Part shown: positions 21,301 to 30,677 of the stretch, piece after piece | How positions within the stretch are numbered: position 1 is the stretch's first letter | How the letters are laid out: each line of letters opens with the position of its first letter | Assembly (NCBI GenBank): GCA_963788215.1 | Contig: CAWBFX010000008.1 | Coordinates: forward strand, 30,404-94,403 | Reading direction: 5' to 3' | DNA: 64,000 nt | Origin: an uncultured Actinomycetes bacterium | GTDB lineage: Bacteria > Actinomycetota > Thermoleophilia > Gaiellales > Gaiellaceae | Translations under genes and position numbers: made by a program | The notes under the pieces: generated by a model | The model's database searches: none | What the model saw: the letters and a program-made list of their open reading frames with translations, nothing else | What the model was told of the DNA's origin: nothing

Positions 21301-22185
21301 GACGTAGCGCGAACCCCCGACGATGCCGTCATAAGCGGCGAGCACCTCGTCGAAGAACTCGCGGTCGACGTTGTTGAAGCCGCCGCGGGTCTCGCTGAAC
21401 CAGCCCTCGGCGAGGAACGCGCCGAGGAGCAGCGCGGTTCGCCGCTCGCTCTCATCGAGCGTGTCCGTGTCAGGGCGAAGCGTCCGCGAGATCAGAACCC
21501 GATCGCCGGGCCGGATCTCCTCGAGCAACTTCCAGAAGAGAAGCGGAACCCCGGCCATGTCGACCAGGCACAGGAGCGGATGATTGTGGGTCCCGGTGAC
21601 CTCGAAGCCTTCGCGCGTCCGCAACCGAAGCGTCGGGTGCTCGCCTGAATGGAAGAGCTTCGACGCGTGCACGGGGCGACCGAGCCGGTCCAGGACTTCG
21701 AGCGCCACCTCACGCTCCGACTCGGGCTCCAGTCGCGGATGGATGTCCGCGATTCGCAACGTCCCGCCGGGAGTCGCCACCCTCGTGTCGCCCACCACGC
21801 AGTAGCGCATCGCGCCGGCGGGATCGCCGTCGACCGAGCCGAAGTAGCCCTGCCCGTCGACGAGCGGGTAGCGCAGCGAGAACGGCTGCGCCAGGCGGAC
21901 GAGCGCGTCGTAGATCGCCTGGTCGCCGTGCGGGTGGTAGTTGCCCATGACCTCGCCGACCACGCGCGCGCACTTCCGCGTCGGCCGGTTCGGCTGCAGA
22001 CCGGACTCGTGCATGGCGTAGAGCACGCGGCGGTGCACCGGCTTGAGCCCGTCGCGCACGTCCGGCAGCGCGCGGCTCACGATCACGCTCATCGCGTAGT
22101 CGAGGAAGCTCGTGCGGACTTCCTGGTCGAGCTCGCGGCTCTCGATCCGGCCGGCGCCGAGCGGGCCGCTCTCGATCTCAGACAT
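18394..22185 (-). CDS. gyrA: DNA gyrase subunit A, interrupted by an in-frame intein (849-aa extein + 414-aa intein)
   Basis: [38 protein letters not shown] active-site context, six C-terminal beta-pinwheel blades, acidic tail. The start overlaps the gyrB stop (ATGTCTGA). Confidence 0.95.
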   Translation of the reverse strand: MSEIESGPLGAGRIESRELDQEVRTSFLDYAMSVIVSRALPDVRDGLKPVHRRVLYAMHESGLQPNRPTRKCARVVGEVMGNYHPHGDQAIYDALVRLAQPFSLRYPLVDGQGYFGSVDGDPAGAMRYCVVGDTRVATPGGTLRIADIHPRLEPESEREVALEVLDRLGRPVHASKLFHSGEHPTLRLRTREGFEVTGTHNHPLLCLVDMAGVPLLFWKLLEEIRPGDRVLISRTLRPDTDTLDESERRTALLLGAFLAEGWFSETRGGFNNVDREFFDEVLAAYDGIVGGSRYVYERTIRSGSLLCELDVQKLDTVRQSPLAELIGVATADKRVPERVWRSGLAFKRTFLQALFTGDGSSSVLPRNSIQISYSTYSEQLAKDVQLLLLDFGIVSRLCRYAKGEIKVVVSNRRDARRFAFRVGFLGAKQTKLETGLEAMPDARALSRDIVPFVSDYIRSEVDTRWARRTNLDRSERWERSATAMLERIEPEEVRRVVEPLVTGDYYYAEVESVADAGVQPVYSLRVETDDHSFLTNGFVSHNTECRLSRIATELLRDIDADTVDFEPNYDESRRQPTVLPARFPNLLVNGSAGIAVGMATNMPPHNLGEVVKGIVAMIEDPSINVEKLMKHVKGPDFPTGGTIVGFSGIRDAYRTGRGRITVRGRAHIEQLRGGKSAIIITELPYGVRKAGEGGVIEKIADLVKAQTLTEVPMSDEALQDHSDKEGMRIYVELKRDAVPQVALNKLFKLTPLQTTFGYNAVALVDGVPKTLSLLELVRHYLDYQREVVTRRSKYELRQAERRAHVLEGYLKALDNLDAVITLIRNAADTEDARTGLMEQFELSEIQAQAILDLRLARLTGLARKEIEDEFKDLQERIAELRAILGDPAKVDGVIKEELDELVNAYARVDERRTEIVVGEDDLELEDLIAEEDMVIAITRSGYVKRLPVTTYREQRRGGIGVMGMDMKEDDYIEHLFVASTHDYLLFFTSVGKVYRLKVHELPLGTRQSKGRAIVNLLPFGQDEQVKAVIATRDFKEAEYLVLATKKGMVKKTKFEEYNTPLKADGIIAIKLRPDDALVDVLHSSGTDDIMLISRKGQAIRFHEQQARPMGRATSGVKGMGLRKGDEVISASIAREDLDILVVTDQGYGKRTRVADYPVKGRGGLGVKTVQLTAARGQLAGAAAVRDGEQLILISTGGTVIKMPVNDIKRLGRSTQGVIVVRLRKDEVVSSIARVAEGEAESGGDEDGAGPAPALASDVENTKK
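20560..21801 (-). mobile_element. GyrA intein with a LAGLIDADG homing-endonuclease domain, inserted directly after the catalytic Tyr
   Basis: Extein ...GAMRY | [13 protein letters not shown] ... EVTGTHNHP (block B TxxH) ... [11 protein letters not shown] and [11 protein letters not shown] (LAGLIDADG blocks) ... [10 protein letters not shown] | TECRLS. Residues 129-542 by residue count. Confidence 0.85.
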
Positions 22186-24568
22186 CCAGGTTCCTCACCT
22201 CGAGGGCGTTCTGCTCGATGAACGCGCGGCGCGGCTCGACCTCGTCGCCCATCAGCCGCGAGAACCAGAGGTCGGCGGCGGCGGCGTCCTCGACCTCGAC
22301 CCGGACGATCATCCGGTTCGCCGGGTCCATCGTCGTCTTCCAGAGCTCCGGAGCGTTCATCTCGCTGAGGCCCTTGAAGCGCGTGATCTGAATCCCGCTC
22401 TTGGCGAGGCCGAGCGCGTGGGAGCGGAGCTCCTCGAACGTGAGCGCGTACTCGGACTCCTTGCCGAGCTGCAGCTTGAACGGCGGCAGCCCGCCGACGA
22501 TCTCGGCGAGTCGCATGTGCGCCTTCCGCAGGTGCTCGAAGATCGGCGAGCCAAGGAGCTCACCAGGGACGACCACGTTCATCGTCGCGTTCGTCTCCTG
22601 CTCGATCACCTGGACGAGCAACGAGTCGCCGTCGACCGAGGCCTCGAGGCCGAAGCCGTTCTGGTCCCTGGCCGCGATCGCCGCCACGGCGTCTGCCGCG
22701 GAGGCCACGTCGGTCTCGACCAGCCGGTGGGCGACCACGAACTCCGAGGCCTGCGGGCCGAAGTCGGAACGCAGGCGCGCGACCCACCCCGAGTACTCGC
22801 TCAAGGCGCGGGCGAACCGCTTGTAGCGGCTCTCGGTGAGCTTGATCTGGACGCCGTCGCGCGCCTCGACCTCGAGATCGCCGAAGCGCTCGCGCACAAG
22901 CAGGTCCTCGAGCTGCGAGTCCTTCTCCAGGTAGCTGTGCTGGTTCCCCAGCCGTGCAAGGTAGAGCGGTGGGACCGCGATGTAGACGTAGCCCCGTTCG
23001 AACAGCTCGGGCATGTGCCGGTAGAGGAACGTCAGCACCAGCGTGCGGATGTGCGCGCCGTCCACGTCGGCGTCGGTCATGACGACGATCCGGTGGTAGC
23101 GCAGCTTCGAGATGTCGAACTCGTCGCCGATGCCGGTGCCGATCACCTGCACGAGCAGCTGGATCTCGGTGTTCGAGAGCACCTTGTCGATCCGGTTCTT
23201 CTCGGAGTTGATGATCTTCCCGCGCAGCGGCAGGATCGCCTGGTTGGACTTGTCGCGCGCCTCCTTGGCGGCGCCGCCGGCGGAGTTGCCCTCGACGATG
23301 AACATCTCGGCGAGCTCCGGGTCGCGCACCTGGCAGTCGGCGAACTTCTTCGCGATCTCTCCGCCGAAGGCGCCCTTGCGCCGGGTCAGATCACGCGCCT
23401 TGCGCGCGGCCTGGCGAGCACGGGAGGCCGCGATCGCCTTCTGGATGATCTGCTTTGCGTCCTGCGGGTTCTCCTCGAGGAACTGCCCTAGCTTCGCGTT
23501 GACCGTCTGCTCGACGAAGCCCCTGACCCACGGGTTGCCGAGCTTCGTCTTCGTCTGACCCTCGAACTGCGGGTTCTGCAGCTTGACCGAGACGACCGCG
23601 GCGAGGCCTTCGCGGGCGTCTTCACCCTCGAGGTTGTCCTCCTTTTCCTTGAGCAGGCCGAGATCTCGCGCGAACTTGTTGATCGTGCGCGTCAGCGCGG
23701 CGTTGAAGCCCGAGAGGTGCGCGCCGCCCTCGTGGGTGTTGATGTTGTTGGCGAAGGTGTAGAGCGACTCCTGGTACGAGGAGTTCCACTGCATCGCCAC
23801 CTCGACCGCGCCCTGCTCGTTCTCACCCTCGAAGTAGGCGATCTGCTTGTGGATCGGGTCTTTCGGCGAGTTGACGTGGGCGACGAAGTCGCGGATGCCG
23901 CCCTCGTAGTGGTACTCGGCGCGTTCCCCGCCGGCGCGCTCGTCGGTGAGGACGATACGCAGGCCGCGCGTCAGGAACGCCGTCTCGCGCAGGCGCTGGC
24001 TGAGCGTCTCGTACGACCAGTCGCCGTCCTCGAAGATCTGCTCGACGTCGGGCAGGAACGAGATCGTCGTCCCCGTCTCCTTGGTGTCGCCGACGATCTC
24101 GAGCTCGCTCGTCGGCTCCCCGCGGGCGAAGCTCTGGCGATGGACCTTGCCGTCGCGCTTCACCTCGGCGACCAGCCACTCCGACAGCGCGTTCACGACC
24201 GAGATTCCCACGCCGTGGAGGCCGCCGGAGACCTTGTAGGCAGCGTCCTCGCCACCGAACTTGCCGCCGGCGTGGAGCTTCGTCAGCACCACCGTCAGCG
24301 CGGAGAGGCCCTGCTCGGCCATCAGGTCCACCGGGATGCCGGAACCGTTGTCGGTGACCGTCACGGAACCGTCCGGATGGAGCGTCACGTCGATGCGATC
24401 GGCGCGTCCCGCAAGGGCCTCGTCGACCGCGTTGTCGACCGCCTCGTAGATCAGGTGGTGGAGCCCGCGTGCGCCCGTCGAGCCGATGTACATGCCCGGT
24501 CGCAGCCGGACGGGCTCGAGGCCCTCGAGGACGGTGATGTCTTTGGCAGTATAGGAGTCTTTACTCAT
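22178..24568 (-). CDS. gyrB: DNA gyrase subunit B (796 aa, long form)
   Basis: Inner [85 protein letters not shown]...FKGLSEMN. The long N-terminal extension in the ORF track is rejected. Confidence 0.95.
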   Translation of the reverse strand: MSKDSYTAKDITVLEGLEPVRLRPGMYIGSTGARGLHHLIYEAVDNAVDEALAGRADRIDVTLHPDGSVTVTDNGSGIPVDLMAEQGLSALTVVLTKLHAGGKFGGEDAAYKVSGGLHGVGISVVNALSEWLVAEVKRDGKVHRQSFARGEPTSELEIVGDTKETGTTISFLPDVEQIFEDGDWSYETLSQRLRETAFLTRGLRIVLTDERAGGERAEYHYEGGIRDFVAHVNSPKDPIHKQIAYFEGENEQGAVEVAMQWNSSYQESLYTFANNINTHEGGAHLSGFNAALTRTINKFARDLGLLKEKEDNLEGEDAREGLAAVVSVKLQNPQFEGQTKTKLGNPWVRGFVEQTVNAKLGQFLEENPQDAKQIIQKAIAASRARQAARKARDLTRRKGAFGGEIAKKFADCQVRDPELAEMFIVEGNSAGGAAKEARDKSNQAILPLRGKIINSEKNRIDKVLSNTEIQLLVQVIGTGIGDEFDISKLRYHRIVVMTDADVDGAHIRTLVLTFLYRHMPELFERGYVYIAVPPLYLARLGNQHSYLEKDSQLEDLLVRERFGDLEVEARDGVQIKLTESRYKRFARALSEYSGWVARLRSDFGPQASEFVVAHRLVETDVASAADAVAAIAARDQNGFGLEASVDGDSLLVQVIEQETNATMNVVVPGELLGSPIFEHLRKAHMRLAEIVGGLPPFKLQLGKESEYALTFEELRSHALGLAKSGIQITRFKGLSEMNAPELWKTTMDPANRMIVRVEVEDAAAADLWFSRLMGDEVEPRRAFIEQNALEVRNLDV

Positions 24569-24611
24569 GAAAAAAGCCCTGCAACTTGCACATTTCCGGG
24601 CTGAAGTTAGT

Positions 24612-25076
24612 CTACCAGACGGAGCGGCCGGAAGAGGCCCTCGCGAGGCTTGCACGCGCAGCTTTTTCCACTGTTTTGCGCAATTCCTCCGAGTCGATCG
24701 CGGCGGCCCAGGAATGGGCCTCGCGCGCCTGGTCGAAAGTGGCCTCCGGAAGGGGCTCCGGCCGGGCCTCGGACGCCTCCGGCGAGACCTCCGGAAGCGG
24801 TCCTGGAGCGAACCGCAGACGCTTCGGTGCCGAGGGCCCGAGCGCCTCCTGGAGGCGCGGCAGGATCTCGCCCTCGAGCTGCCCGAGCTCGAACGCCCAC
24901 GCCGAGGAGCTCGCGTTGACGTGCAGCGTCCCGTCCCGCGCGATCCGCGCCGGCCACGCGTTCGCAGCCACCTGCTCGCCGACCAGCCCGGGCCACGCGT
25001 TGACGACGTCCGGCATCGCGCCCGAGCCTCCGAAACGGCGAAGCTCGTGCCGGACCGTGTCGCCGATCCGCTCCAT
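24612..25076 (-). CDS. DUF721 (DciA-like) protein in the conserved recF-gyrB position
   Basis: VVNAWPGLVGEQVAANAWPARIARDGTLHVNASSSAWAFEL matches the DUF721 pattern. Positionally equivalent to the actinobacterial recF-gyrB spacer gene. Confidence 0.7.
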   Translation of the reverse strand: MERIGDTVRHELRRFGGSGAMPDVVNAWPGLVGEQVAANAWPARIARDGTLHVNASSSAWAFELGQLEGEILPRLQEALGPSAPKRLRFAPGPLPEVSPEASEARPEPLPEATFDQAREAHSWAAAIDSEELRKTVEKAARASLARASSGRSVW

Positions 25077-26153
25077 TCAGGCCGCCTCCACGCGGCTCGT
25101 CCCGTCGCTGTCCTGCGCAACGACAACCGTCTGGGCGGGCTCGCCCGGAAGCGCGTTCCGGCTCGCGCTCGTGACCAGCGCCTGCCCCGACGCTCGCAGC
25201 CGGTCCGCCAGGATCCGCCGCCGGTCCGGATCGAGCTCGGAGAGAACGTCGTCCAGGAGCAGCAGCGGCCGAGCGCCTCGACGCTCCTCCAGAAGCTCCG
25301 CCTCGCCGAGCAGGAGCGCGAGGACCGCAAGACGCTGCTCGCCTTGCGAGCCGAACGCACGCAGATCGCGGTCGCCGGCGAGGACCCCGACGTCGTCGAG
25401 GTGCGGGCCCAGGCTCGTCGTCCCGCGCTCGATGTCGCGCGCGGTGCGGGCCTCCAGCTCGTCCACCGTCGGGGCTTCGGCCTCGTACGCGAGCGTCGCG
25501 CCGGCGAGGCCCAGCTCGGCGGCGCGCTCCGCGAACGGCTGCCGTAGCTGCGACACGGCCTCCCGCCGCCCTTCGACCAGCTGCCCGCCGAGGAGGCTCA
25601 CCTGCTCGTTCCACGGCGCGAGCGCGTCCCGCGAGGAGAGACCCTGCGACACCCGTCGGAGCGCAGCGTTCCGCTGTCCCACAGCCGCGCCGTACTCGGC
25701 GGAAAGGCCGGCCCGTGACGGAGAGATCCGTCCCAAAACGCGGTCGAAGTACGCGCGCCGCGCAGCGGGGCCGCCCTTCACGACGACAAGCCGGTCGGGG
25801 GTGAAGACGAGCGTGGCCACCTCCGAGCGCAGCTGCTCGGCCGCACGGAGCCTCGCGCCGTTCAGGCTGGCCCGCTTGCCGGTCCCGAGCTCGAGCGTCA
25901 CCTCGACTTCAACCGGCACTCCCGCCCGCCGCCCGCGGAGGGCGACGCGCGCTGCGTCACGCCCGAAGCGCACGAGCTGGGCATCAGCGCGCGTCCGCGG
26001 CGAGAAGCCCTGGGTGCCCACGTGCAGCGACTCGAGCAGGTTCGTCTTGCCCGCTCCATTCGGACCGGTCACGAGTACGAGCCCCGGCTGCAGCTCGAGC
26101 TCGAGCCGCGCGTAGGAACGGAAGTCGCGTAAGGAGACGGCGCCGACGATCAG
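25077..26153 (-). CDS. recF: DNA replication/repair protein RecF
   Basis: GPNGAGKTNLLE (Walker A), FGSQGEQR signature, LLLLDDV (Walker B). Upstream in-frame LIVGAVSLRDFRSY aligns with the RecF N-terminus, implying a CTG start at 26153 that overlaps the dnaN TGA. That start is uncertain. Confidence 0.88.
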   Translation of the reverse strand: MIVGAVSLRDFRSYARLELELQPGLVLVTGPNGAGKTNLLESLHVGTQGFSPRTRADAQLVRFGRDAARVALRGRRAGVPVEVEVTLELGTGKRASLNGARLRAAEQLRSEVATLVFTPDRLVVVKGGPAARRAYFDRVLGRISPSRAGLSAEYGAAVGQRNAALRRVSQGLSSRDALAPWNEQVSLLGGQLVEGRREAVSQLRQPFAERAAELGLAGATLAYEAEAPTVDELEARTARDIERGTTSLGPHLDDVGVLAGDRDLRAFGSQGEQRLAVLALLLGEAELLEERRGARPLLLLDDVLSELDPDRRRILADRLRASGQALVTSASRNALPGEPAQTVVVAQDSDGTSRVEAA

Positions 26154-27286
26154 CCCGCGAGCCGGATCGGCATGATCAGGTACAGGAAGTCGTCGCTCTC
26201 GCCCTGCAGCACGGCCGGCCGCAGCGGGCTGATCAGCTTCAGGCGCAGCTGCTCGCCGACGACCGAATCGACGCCGTCGCGCAGAAACTCCGCGTTGAAG
26301 CCGATCTCGAGCGCCTCCGCCCCGAACGGCGCAGGCAGCGACTCCCGCGCCTCGCCGACGTCCTGCGTCTGCGCGGAGACCGTCAGCTCGCCGTCCGCGA
26401 ACCGCAGGCGAAGCGGCGAGTTGCGCTGCGCCATCACCGAGACGCGGCGGACGACGTCGAGGAGCTCCTCGCGCGGCAGCGGGACCTCGTGCTCGAAGGT
26501 CTCCGGGACGAGCTGCTTGTAGTTGGGGAACTGCCCGTCGATGCGGCGCGTGGTCAGCCAGGCGGTGCCGGTCCCGAAGACGACCTGGTTCTCGTGGACG
26601 CCGAGCGAGACGTGCTCACCCTCCGGCGCGATCCTGGCGAGCTCGCCGAGCGCGCGCGCCGGCACTATCGCCTCGAGTTCCGGAAGCGTCCCTTCGATGG
26701 CCGTCTCCTTGACCGAGAGGCGGTACGAGTCGGTCGCGGCCATGACGAGCTTGCCCGGCTCGAAGCGCATCAGGACGCCGGTCAGGACCGGGCGCGACTC
26801 GTCGCGCGATGCGGAGCGGCTGACCCGGGCGACCGTGTCGAGCAGCGTGGCGCGGTCGACGTCGTGGAACTCGATGCCTTGCGTCTGCGGCAGCCGCGGG
26901 AAGTCCTCCGGGTTGTACGTGTGCAGCCGGTAGCTCGCGGAGCCGCAGCGGATCTCGACCGCCGCTTCCTCGGGCTTGTGCTCCAGCGATACCTCCGCTG
27001 CCGGCAGGAGTCGCGCGAGCTCGAGCAGGAGCCGGCCGGGAACCACCACCGAGCCCTCCGACTCGACCTTCGCCTCGAGCGAGGTGCGGAGCGAGACCTC
27101 CATGTCGGTCGCGGCTAGCCGCAGCGTCCCCTCCTCGGCCTCGAGCAAGATCCCCGACAGGATCTGGACGGTCGTACGCGTCGACACGCCTCGCGAGACG
27201 ATCCCGAGCGCATGCAGGAGCTCGTCACGCGAGCAGACGGTGTTGAGGGTTCCTCCGGTCACCACGGCTTCTGTTGTTTCCATCAT
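26150..27286 (-). CDS. dnaN: DNA polymerase III beta sliding clamp
   Basis: 378 aa, three-domain clamp pattern (LLHALGIVSRGVS..., ILSGILLEA, RLSVKE, IDGQFPNYKQLVP, LIMPIRL). Confidence 0.92.
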   Translation of the reverse strand: MMETTEAVVTGGTLNTVCSRDELLHALGIVSRGVSTRTTVQILSGILLEAEEGTLRLAATDMEVSLRTSLEAKVESEGSVVVPGRLLLELARLLPAAEVSLEHKPEEAAVEIRCGSASYRLHTYNPEDFPRLPQTQGIEFHDVDRATLLDTVARVSRSASRDESRPVLTGVLMRFEPGKLVMAATDSYRLSVKETAIEGTLPELEAIVPARALGELARIAPEGEHVSLGVHENQVVFGTGTAWLTTRRIDGQFPNYKQLVPETFEHEVPLPREELLDVVRRVSVMAQRNSPLRLRFADGELTVSAQTQDVGEARESLPAPFGAEALEIGFNAEFLRDGVDSVVGEQLRLKLISPLRPAVLQGESDDFLYLIMPIRLAG

Positions 27287-27440
27287 TTATGAAATTCCTT
27301 TGTCGTAGTCATAGAGAGTGTGGATGACGGGGAAGACGCTCCGAAGCCGCTTGAGAAGCGGGCTTGGGCTGTGGGGGCGAACTGGGGAGAAGTCGCGGTT
27401 GTCGACAGGGCTCGGGCCGGCCGGCTGAACACTCCACATT
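27287..27440. promoter_or_regulatory. dnaA-dnaN spacer: AT-rich tract plus two DnaA-box-like 9-mers (candidate oriC/DUE)
   Basis: AT-rich ttatgaaattcctttgtcgtagtcatagagag (about 27287-27318). TCATCCACA (27319-27327, minus strand) and CACTCCACA (27430-27438, plus strand). Confidence 0.4.
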
Positions 27441-28784
27441 TCAGCGGGCCTGTTTGACCCTTGCGGTCAGCTCTTGCACAAGGTTGTAGACAGACCTGTC
27501 CTCCCGGATCATGCCCGCGATCTTCGTGGTCGCGTGGATCACCGTGGTGTGGTCGCGGCCGCCGAACTGGCGCCCGATCTTGGGCAGCGACGCGTCCGTC
27601 AGCTCGCGCGAGAGGTACATCGCGATCTGCCGCGGGTAGACGATGTTCTGCGAGCGGCGCTCGCCGCAGAGCTCCTCGAGCGAGAGGCCGAAGCGCTCCG
27701 AGACGAGCTCCTGGATGCGCTCGATCGAGACCTGCCGTACCTCGCCCTGGGGGAAGACGTCCTTGAGCACGTCCTGGGCGAGGTCCTCGCTCATCGGACG
27801 GCCGGTAAGCGACGAGAACGCGACGACGCGCGTGAGCGCGCCCTCGAGCTCGCGGATGTTCGACGAGATGCGGCCCGCGATGAACTCCAGCACCTTCGGG
27901 TCGGGGATGTGGATCCCGTCGGCCATGACCTTCTTCCGCAGGATCGCGATCCGCGTCTCGAGGTCGGGCGGCTGGATGTCCGTGATCAGCCCCCACTCGA
28001 AGCGCGAGCGCAGCCGCTCCTCGAGGGTGGAGATCTCCCGCGGCGGGCGGTCCGACGAGATCACGAGCTGTCCGCCGGCCTCGTAGATCGAGTTGAAGGT
28101 GTGGAAGAACTCCTCCTGGATCCGCTCTTTGTGCTCGAAGAACTGGATGTCGTCGATCAGGAGCAGGTCGTAGGCGCGGTAGCGCTGCTTGAAGCCCTCG
28201 ATCCGCTTGTCGCGGAGGGCGTTGATGAAGTCGTTCATGAAGGTCTCGCTCGTCACGTAACGCACCGTGAGCTCGCCCTGGTGCTCGCTGACGTACTGCG
28301 CGATCGCCTGGAGGAGGTGCGTCTTGCCGAGCCCGGTGCCGCCGTAGATGAAGAGGGGGTTGTAGGCCTGCGCGGGCGCCTCGGCGACGGCGAGGGCAGC
28401 TGCGTGCGCGAAGCGGTTCGAGGAGCCGATGACGAATGAGTCGAACGTGTACTTGGGATTGAGCCCCACTCCCGGCGATTCCTTGCGCGGGACTTCGACC
28501 TCGACCGCCGCGTCCTCGCCCACCTCCGCGACCGCGAGCTGCACGCGGCGCTCCTGACCGGTGGCGTCGCCGATCGCGGCCCGGATCAGGCCGAGGAAAT
28601 GACCCTCGATCCAGTCCCGCGTGAATGCGTTCGGGACCGAGAGGACGAACTCGTCGTCGTTGAGCGCCAGGCCGTCGACGTGGTTGAACCACGTGCGGTA
28701 GGTCGTCTCGTTTAGGGCGCCCCTGAGCCGACTAGAAACCTCGCTCCACAGGCTGTCCGCAGTCAGCTCGATTGAGGGCTCCAC
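27441..28784 (-). CDS. dnaA: Chromosomal replication initiator DnaA
   Basis: [30 protein letters not shown] (Walker A), [19 protein letters not shown]-terminal [16 protein letters not shown]...GGRDHTTV. Start set at in-frame GTG 28784 (uncertain). The ORF track extends to 28934. Confidence 0.92.
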   Translation of the reverse strand: MEPSIELTADSLWSEVSSRLRGALNETTYRTWFNHVDGLALNDDEFVLSVPNAFTRDWIEGHFLGLIRAAIGDATGQERRVQLAVAEVGEDAAVEVEVPRKESPGVGLNPKYTFDSFVIGSSNRFAHAAALAVAEAPAQAYNPLFIYGGTGLGKTHLLQAIAQYVSEHQGELTVRYVTSETFMNDFINALRDKRIEGFKQRYRAYDLLLIDDIQFFEHKERIQEEFFHTFNSIYEAGGQLVISSDRPPREISTLEERLRSRFEWGLITDIQPPDLETRIAILRKKVMADGIHIPDPKVLEFIAGRISSNIRELEGALTRVVAFSSLTGRPMSEDLAQDVLKDVFPQGEVRQVSIERIQELVSERFGLSLEELCGERRSQNIVYPRQIAMYLSRELTDASLPKIGRQFGGRDHTTVIHATTKIAGMIREDRSVYNLVQELTARVKQAR

Positions 28785-29109
28785 GCCGCCGGCAGGCTCC
28801 TTCGTCGGGGGGACGGGCGAGCGCCGAGCATAGCAGCGCCCGAGTGCGACCTCAATGGGTCCGGTGTTGTTTGCAAGGTGGACAAAAAACATGCGATTTG
28901 CAGGGAGTTGACCGCCCTCCACACCGCCCTCCACAGGTGTGGACGATGGGTCAGTGCAGACAACGCTTGCACCTCGAGAAGGGCTGCTAGTGCCGCGTTT
29001 CCGGCCCCGCTTGTGGCGCCTCAGGTCTGTGGAGAACTACCCCTGAGCGCCTCGTCTATACTGGTTCGACGCCGCCCTTCTTCGGGCGGCTCTTCTTCGA
29101 TTTCGACTC
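28785..29109. promoter_or_regulatory. dnaA-rpmH divergent spacer with a cluster of five DnaA-box-like 9-mers (candidate oriC / dnaA autoregulation)
   Basis: TTGTCCACC (28877-28885, minus), CCCTCCACA (28915-28923, plus), CCCTCCACA (28927-28935, plus), TCGTCCACA (28938-28946, minus), TTCTCCACA (29028-29036, minus). Positions were checked against the ORF 28878 frame. Confidence 0.5.
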
Positions 29110-29244
29110 GTGAAACGCACCTATCAGCCCAACGTTCGAAGGCGCAAGCGGAGGCACGGCTTCCGCGCCCGCATGTCCACCCGTGCCGGGCGGGCGATCC
29201 TCAAGCGCCGCCGCGCGAGAGGGCGCAAGCGCCTCTCCGCGTAA
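29110..29244 (+). CDS. rpmH: 50S ribosomal protein L34
   Basis: Hand-translated 44-aa ORF from GTG: [44 protein letters not shown]. Below the ORF-track size cutoff. Confidence 0.9.
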   Translation: MKRTYQPNVRRRKRRHGFRARMSTRAGRAILKRRRARGRKRLSA

Positions 29245-29251
29245 CGCGCGC

Positions 29252-29608
29252 GTGAACCGCCGCCACCGCCTCTCGCGCTCGCGGGACTTCGACGCCGTCT
29301 ACCGCCACGGGCGGTCGGTCTCGACGCGCTACCTCGTCCTCTACTGGTTCGAGCGGGGCGGCGAGGAGCAGGCTGGCGACGCGCCCCGGCTCGGCCTCGC
29401 TGTGCCTAAGGCGGTCGGGACGGCGGTCGTGCGCAACCGGATGAAGCGGCGCCTGCGCGAGCTCTTCCAGGCGCGCACCGAGCAGCTCCCGCAGGACCAC
29501 GACTACGTCCTCGTCGTACGGCCCGGGCTCGCCGAGGCCGCGGAGCAGCGAGGGTTCGACTGGCTCGGCGAGCGCGTCGAGGAGATCCTCGAGAAGGCCC
29601 GCGCATGA
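29252..29608 (+). CDS. rnpA: Ribonuclease P protein component
   Basis: GTG 29252: VNRRHRLSRSRDFDAVYRHGRS...AVVRNRMKRRLRE (RNR motif). Follows rpmH, the conserved order. Confidence 0.85.
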   Translation: MNRRHRLSRSRDFDAVYRHGRSVSTRYLVLYWFERGGEEQAGDAPRLGLAVPKAVGTAVVRNRMKRRLRELFQARTEQLPQDHDYVLVVRPGLAEAAEQRGFDWLGERVEEILEKARA

Positions 29609-29853
29609 GGCACGCGCTGAGGCTTCCGACCTACGCGGGGATCGGCCTGGTCTACGCGTACCGGTGGACGCTGGGCGTCCTCTGGGGCGGACAGTGCAAG
29701 TACCACCCGAGCTGCTCGCAGTACGCCCTCGACGCGCTCCGCCACTACGGGCTCGTGCGGGGCACGGTCCTCACCGGCTGGCGCCTGCTTCGCTGCAATC
29801 CCTGGAGCCGCGGCGGGGTCGACTACGTCGAGCAGCAAAGGATCTTTCGTTGA
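29605..29853 (+). CDS. yidD: Membrane protein insertion efficiency factor YidD
   Basis: YRWTLGVLWGGQCKYHPSCSQYALDALRHYG...RLLRCNPWSRGGVD. Confidence 0.88.
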   Translation: MRHALRLPTYAGIGLVYAYRWTLGVLWGGQCKYHPSCSQYALDALRHYGLVRGTVLTGWRLLRCNPWSRGGVDYVEQQRIFR

Positions 29854-30677
29854 TCTTCGGCTCGCCTCTCTCGCCGCTCGAGAACCTCCTCCGGAGCATC
29901 CTCGACTGGCTGCACAGCTCGGCCGGGCTTACCTGGGCGTGGTCGATCGTCGCGCTGACGCTGATGGTCCGGCTCCTGCTGGTGCCGCTGATGGTCAAGC
30001 AGATCCACTCGATGCAGAACCTGCAGCTCCACGCGCCGCAGATGAAGGAGATCCAGCGGAAGTACAAGGCCGACCGCGGGAAGCAGCAGGAAGAGCTGAT
30101 GAAGTTCTACAAGGAGAACAACATCAACCCGATGGCGTCGTGCCTGCCGATGGTGGCGCAGTTCCCGGTGTTCATCGCGCTCTACCTCGTGTTGCGGAAG
30201 TTCGCGAAGAGCCACCCGGGCGGCGACCTCTCCTGGCTCCACGGCTTCGTTCCGGACATCACCGCGCACGCGAACGCGCACTGGTCGGGATACGTGCTGC
30301 TCGCGGTCTACGTCGGCAGCCAGATCCTCTCGACGCTGCTCATGTCCGCGACGATGGACAAGACGCAGCGGACGATGTTCCTCATCCTGCCGCTGACCTT
30401 CATCTTCTTCCTGCTCAACTTCCCGGTCGGCCTGGTGATCTACTGGGTGACGACGAACCTGTGGACTGTGGGGCAGGGCCTTGTGACGCGGCGGATGATG
30501 CCGAAGGCTCAGCCCCCGCCGAAGCGCTCGTCGCGCACTCCGCCGAAGGAGCAGACGGCCCAGGATGGGGCGACAGCCCCGGAGCCCGAGCCGGAACCGG
30601 CCGTTGCGCAGGCCGCGGTGCCCGCCGAGCCGAAGCGGGTCAAGCGGAAGAAGAAGAAAGGCGGGGCCCGGCGATGA
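29850..30677 (+). CDS. yidC: Membrane protein insertase YidC (short Gram-positive type)
   Basis: TTG 29850 overlaps the yidD stop as TTGA. WAWSIVALTLMVRLLLVPL, MKEIQRKYK, NPMASCLPMVAQFPVFIALY, VIYWVTTNLWTVGQ, basic tail. Confidence 0.9.
   Translation: MIFGSPLSPLENLLRSILDWLHSSAGLTWAWSIVALTLMVRLLLVPLMVKQIHSMQNLQLHAPQMKEIQRKYKADRGKQQEELMKFYKENNINPMASCLPMVAQFPVFIALYLVLRKFAKSHPGGDLSWLHGFVPDITAHANAHWSGYVLLAVYVGSQILSTLLMSATMDKTQRTMFLILPLTFIFFLLNFPVGLVIYWVTTNLWTVGQGLVTRRMMPKAQPPPKRSSRTPPKEQTAQDGATAPEPEPEPAVAQAAVPAEPKRVKRKKKKGGARR

Noticed and set aside
24569-25360. N-terminal 264-aa extension of gyrB in ORF 22178..25360; similar extensions occur on accD (to 4640), fabH (to 12262), fabZ (to 12960), sortase (to 61193) and DUF2079 (to 56403)
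   Set aside because: The extensions overlap upstream genes, are R/P/A-rich, and start well before the conserved N-termini. Internal ATG/GTG starts with NTGA coupling or an RBS fit better.
29101-29120. Possible parS half-site (CGTGAAAC) at the rpmH start
   Set aside because: Only half of the 16-bp TGTTTCACGTGAAACA palindrome is present, and the left arm does not match. I found no full parS by eye, but I could not scan exhaustively.
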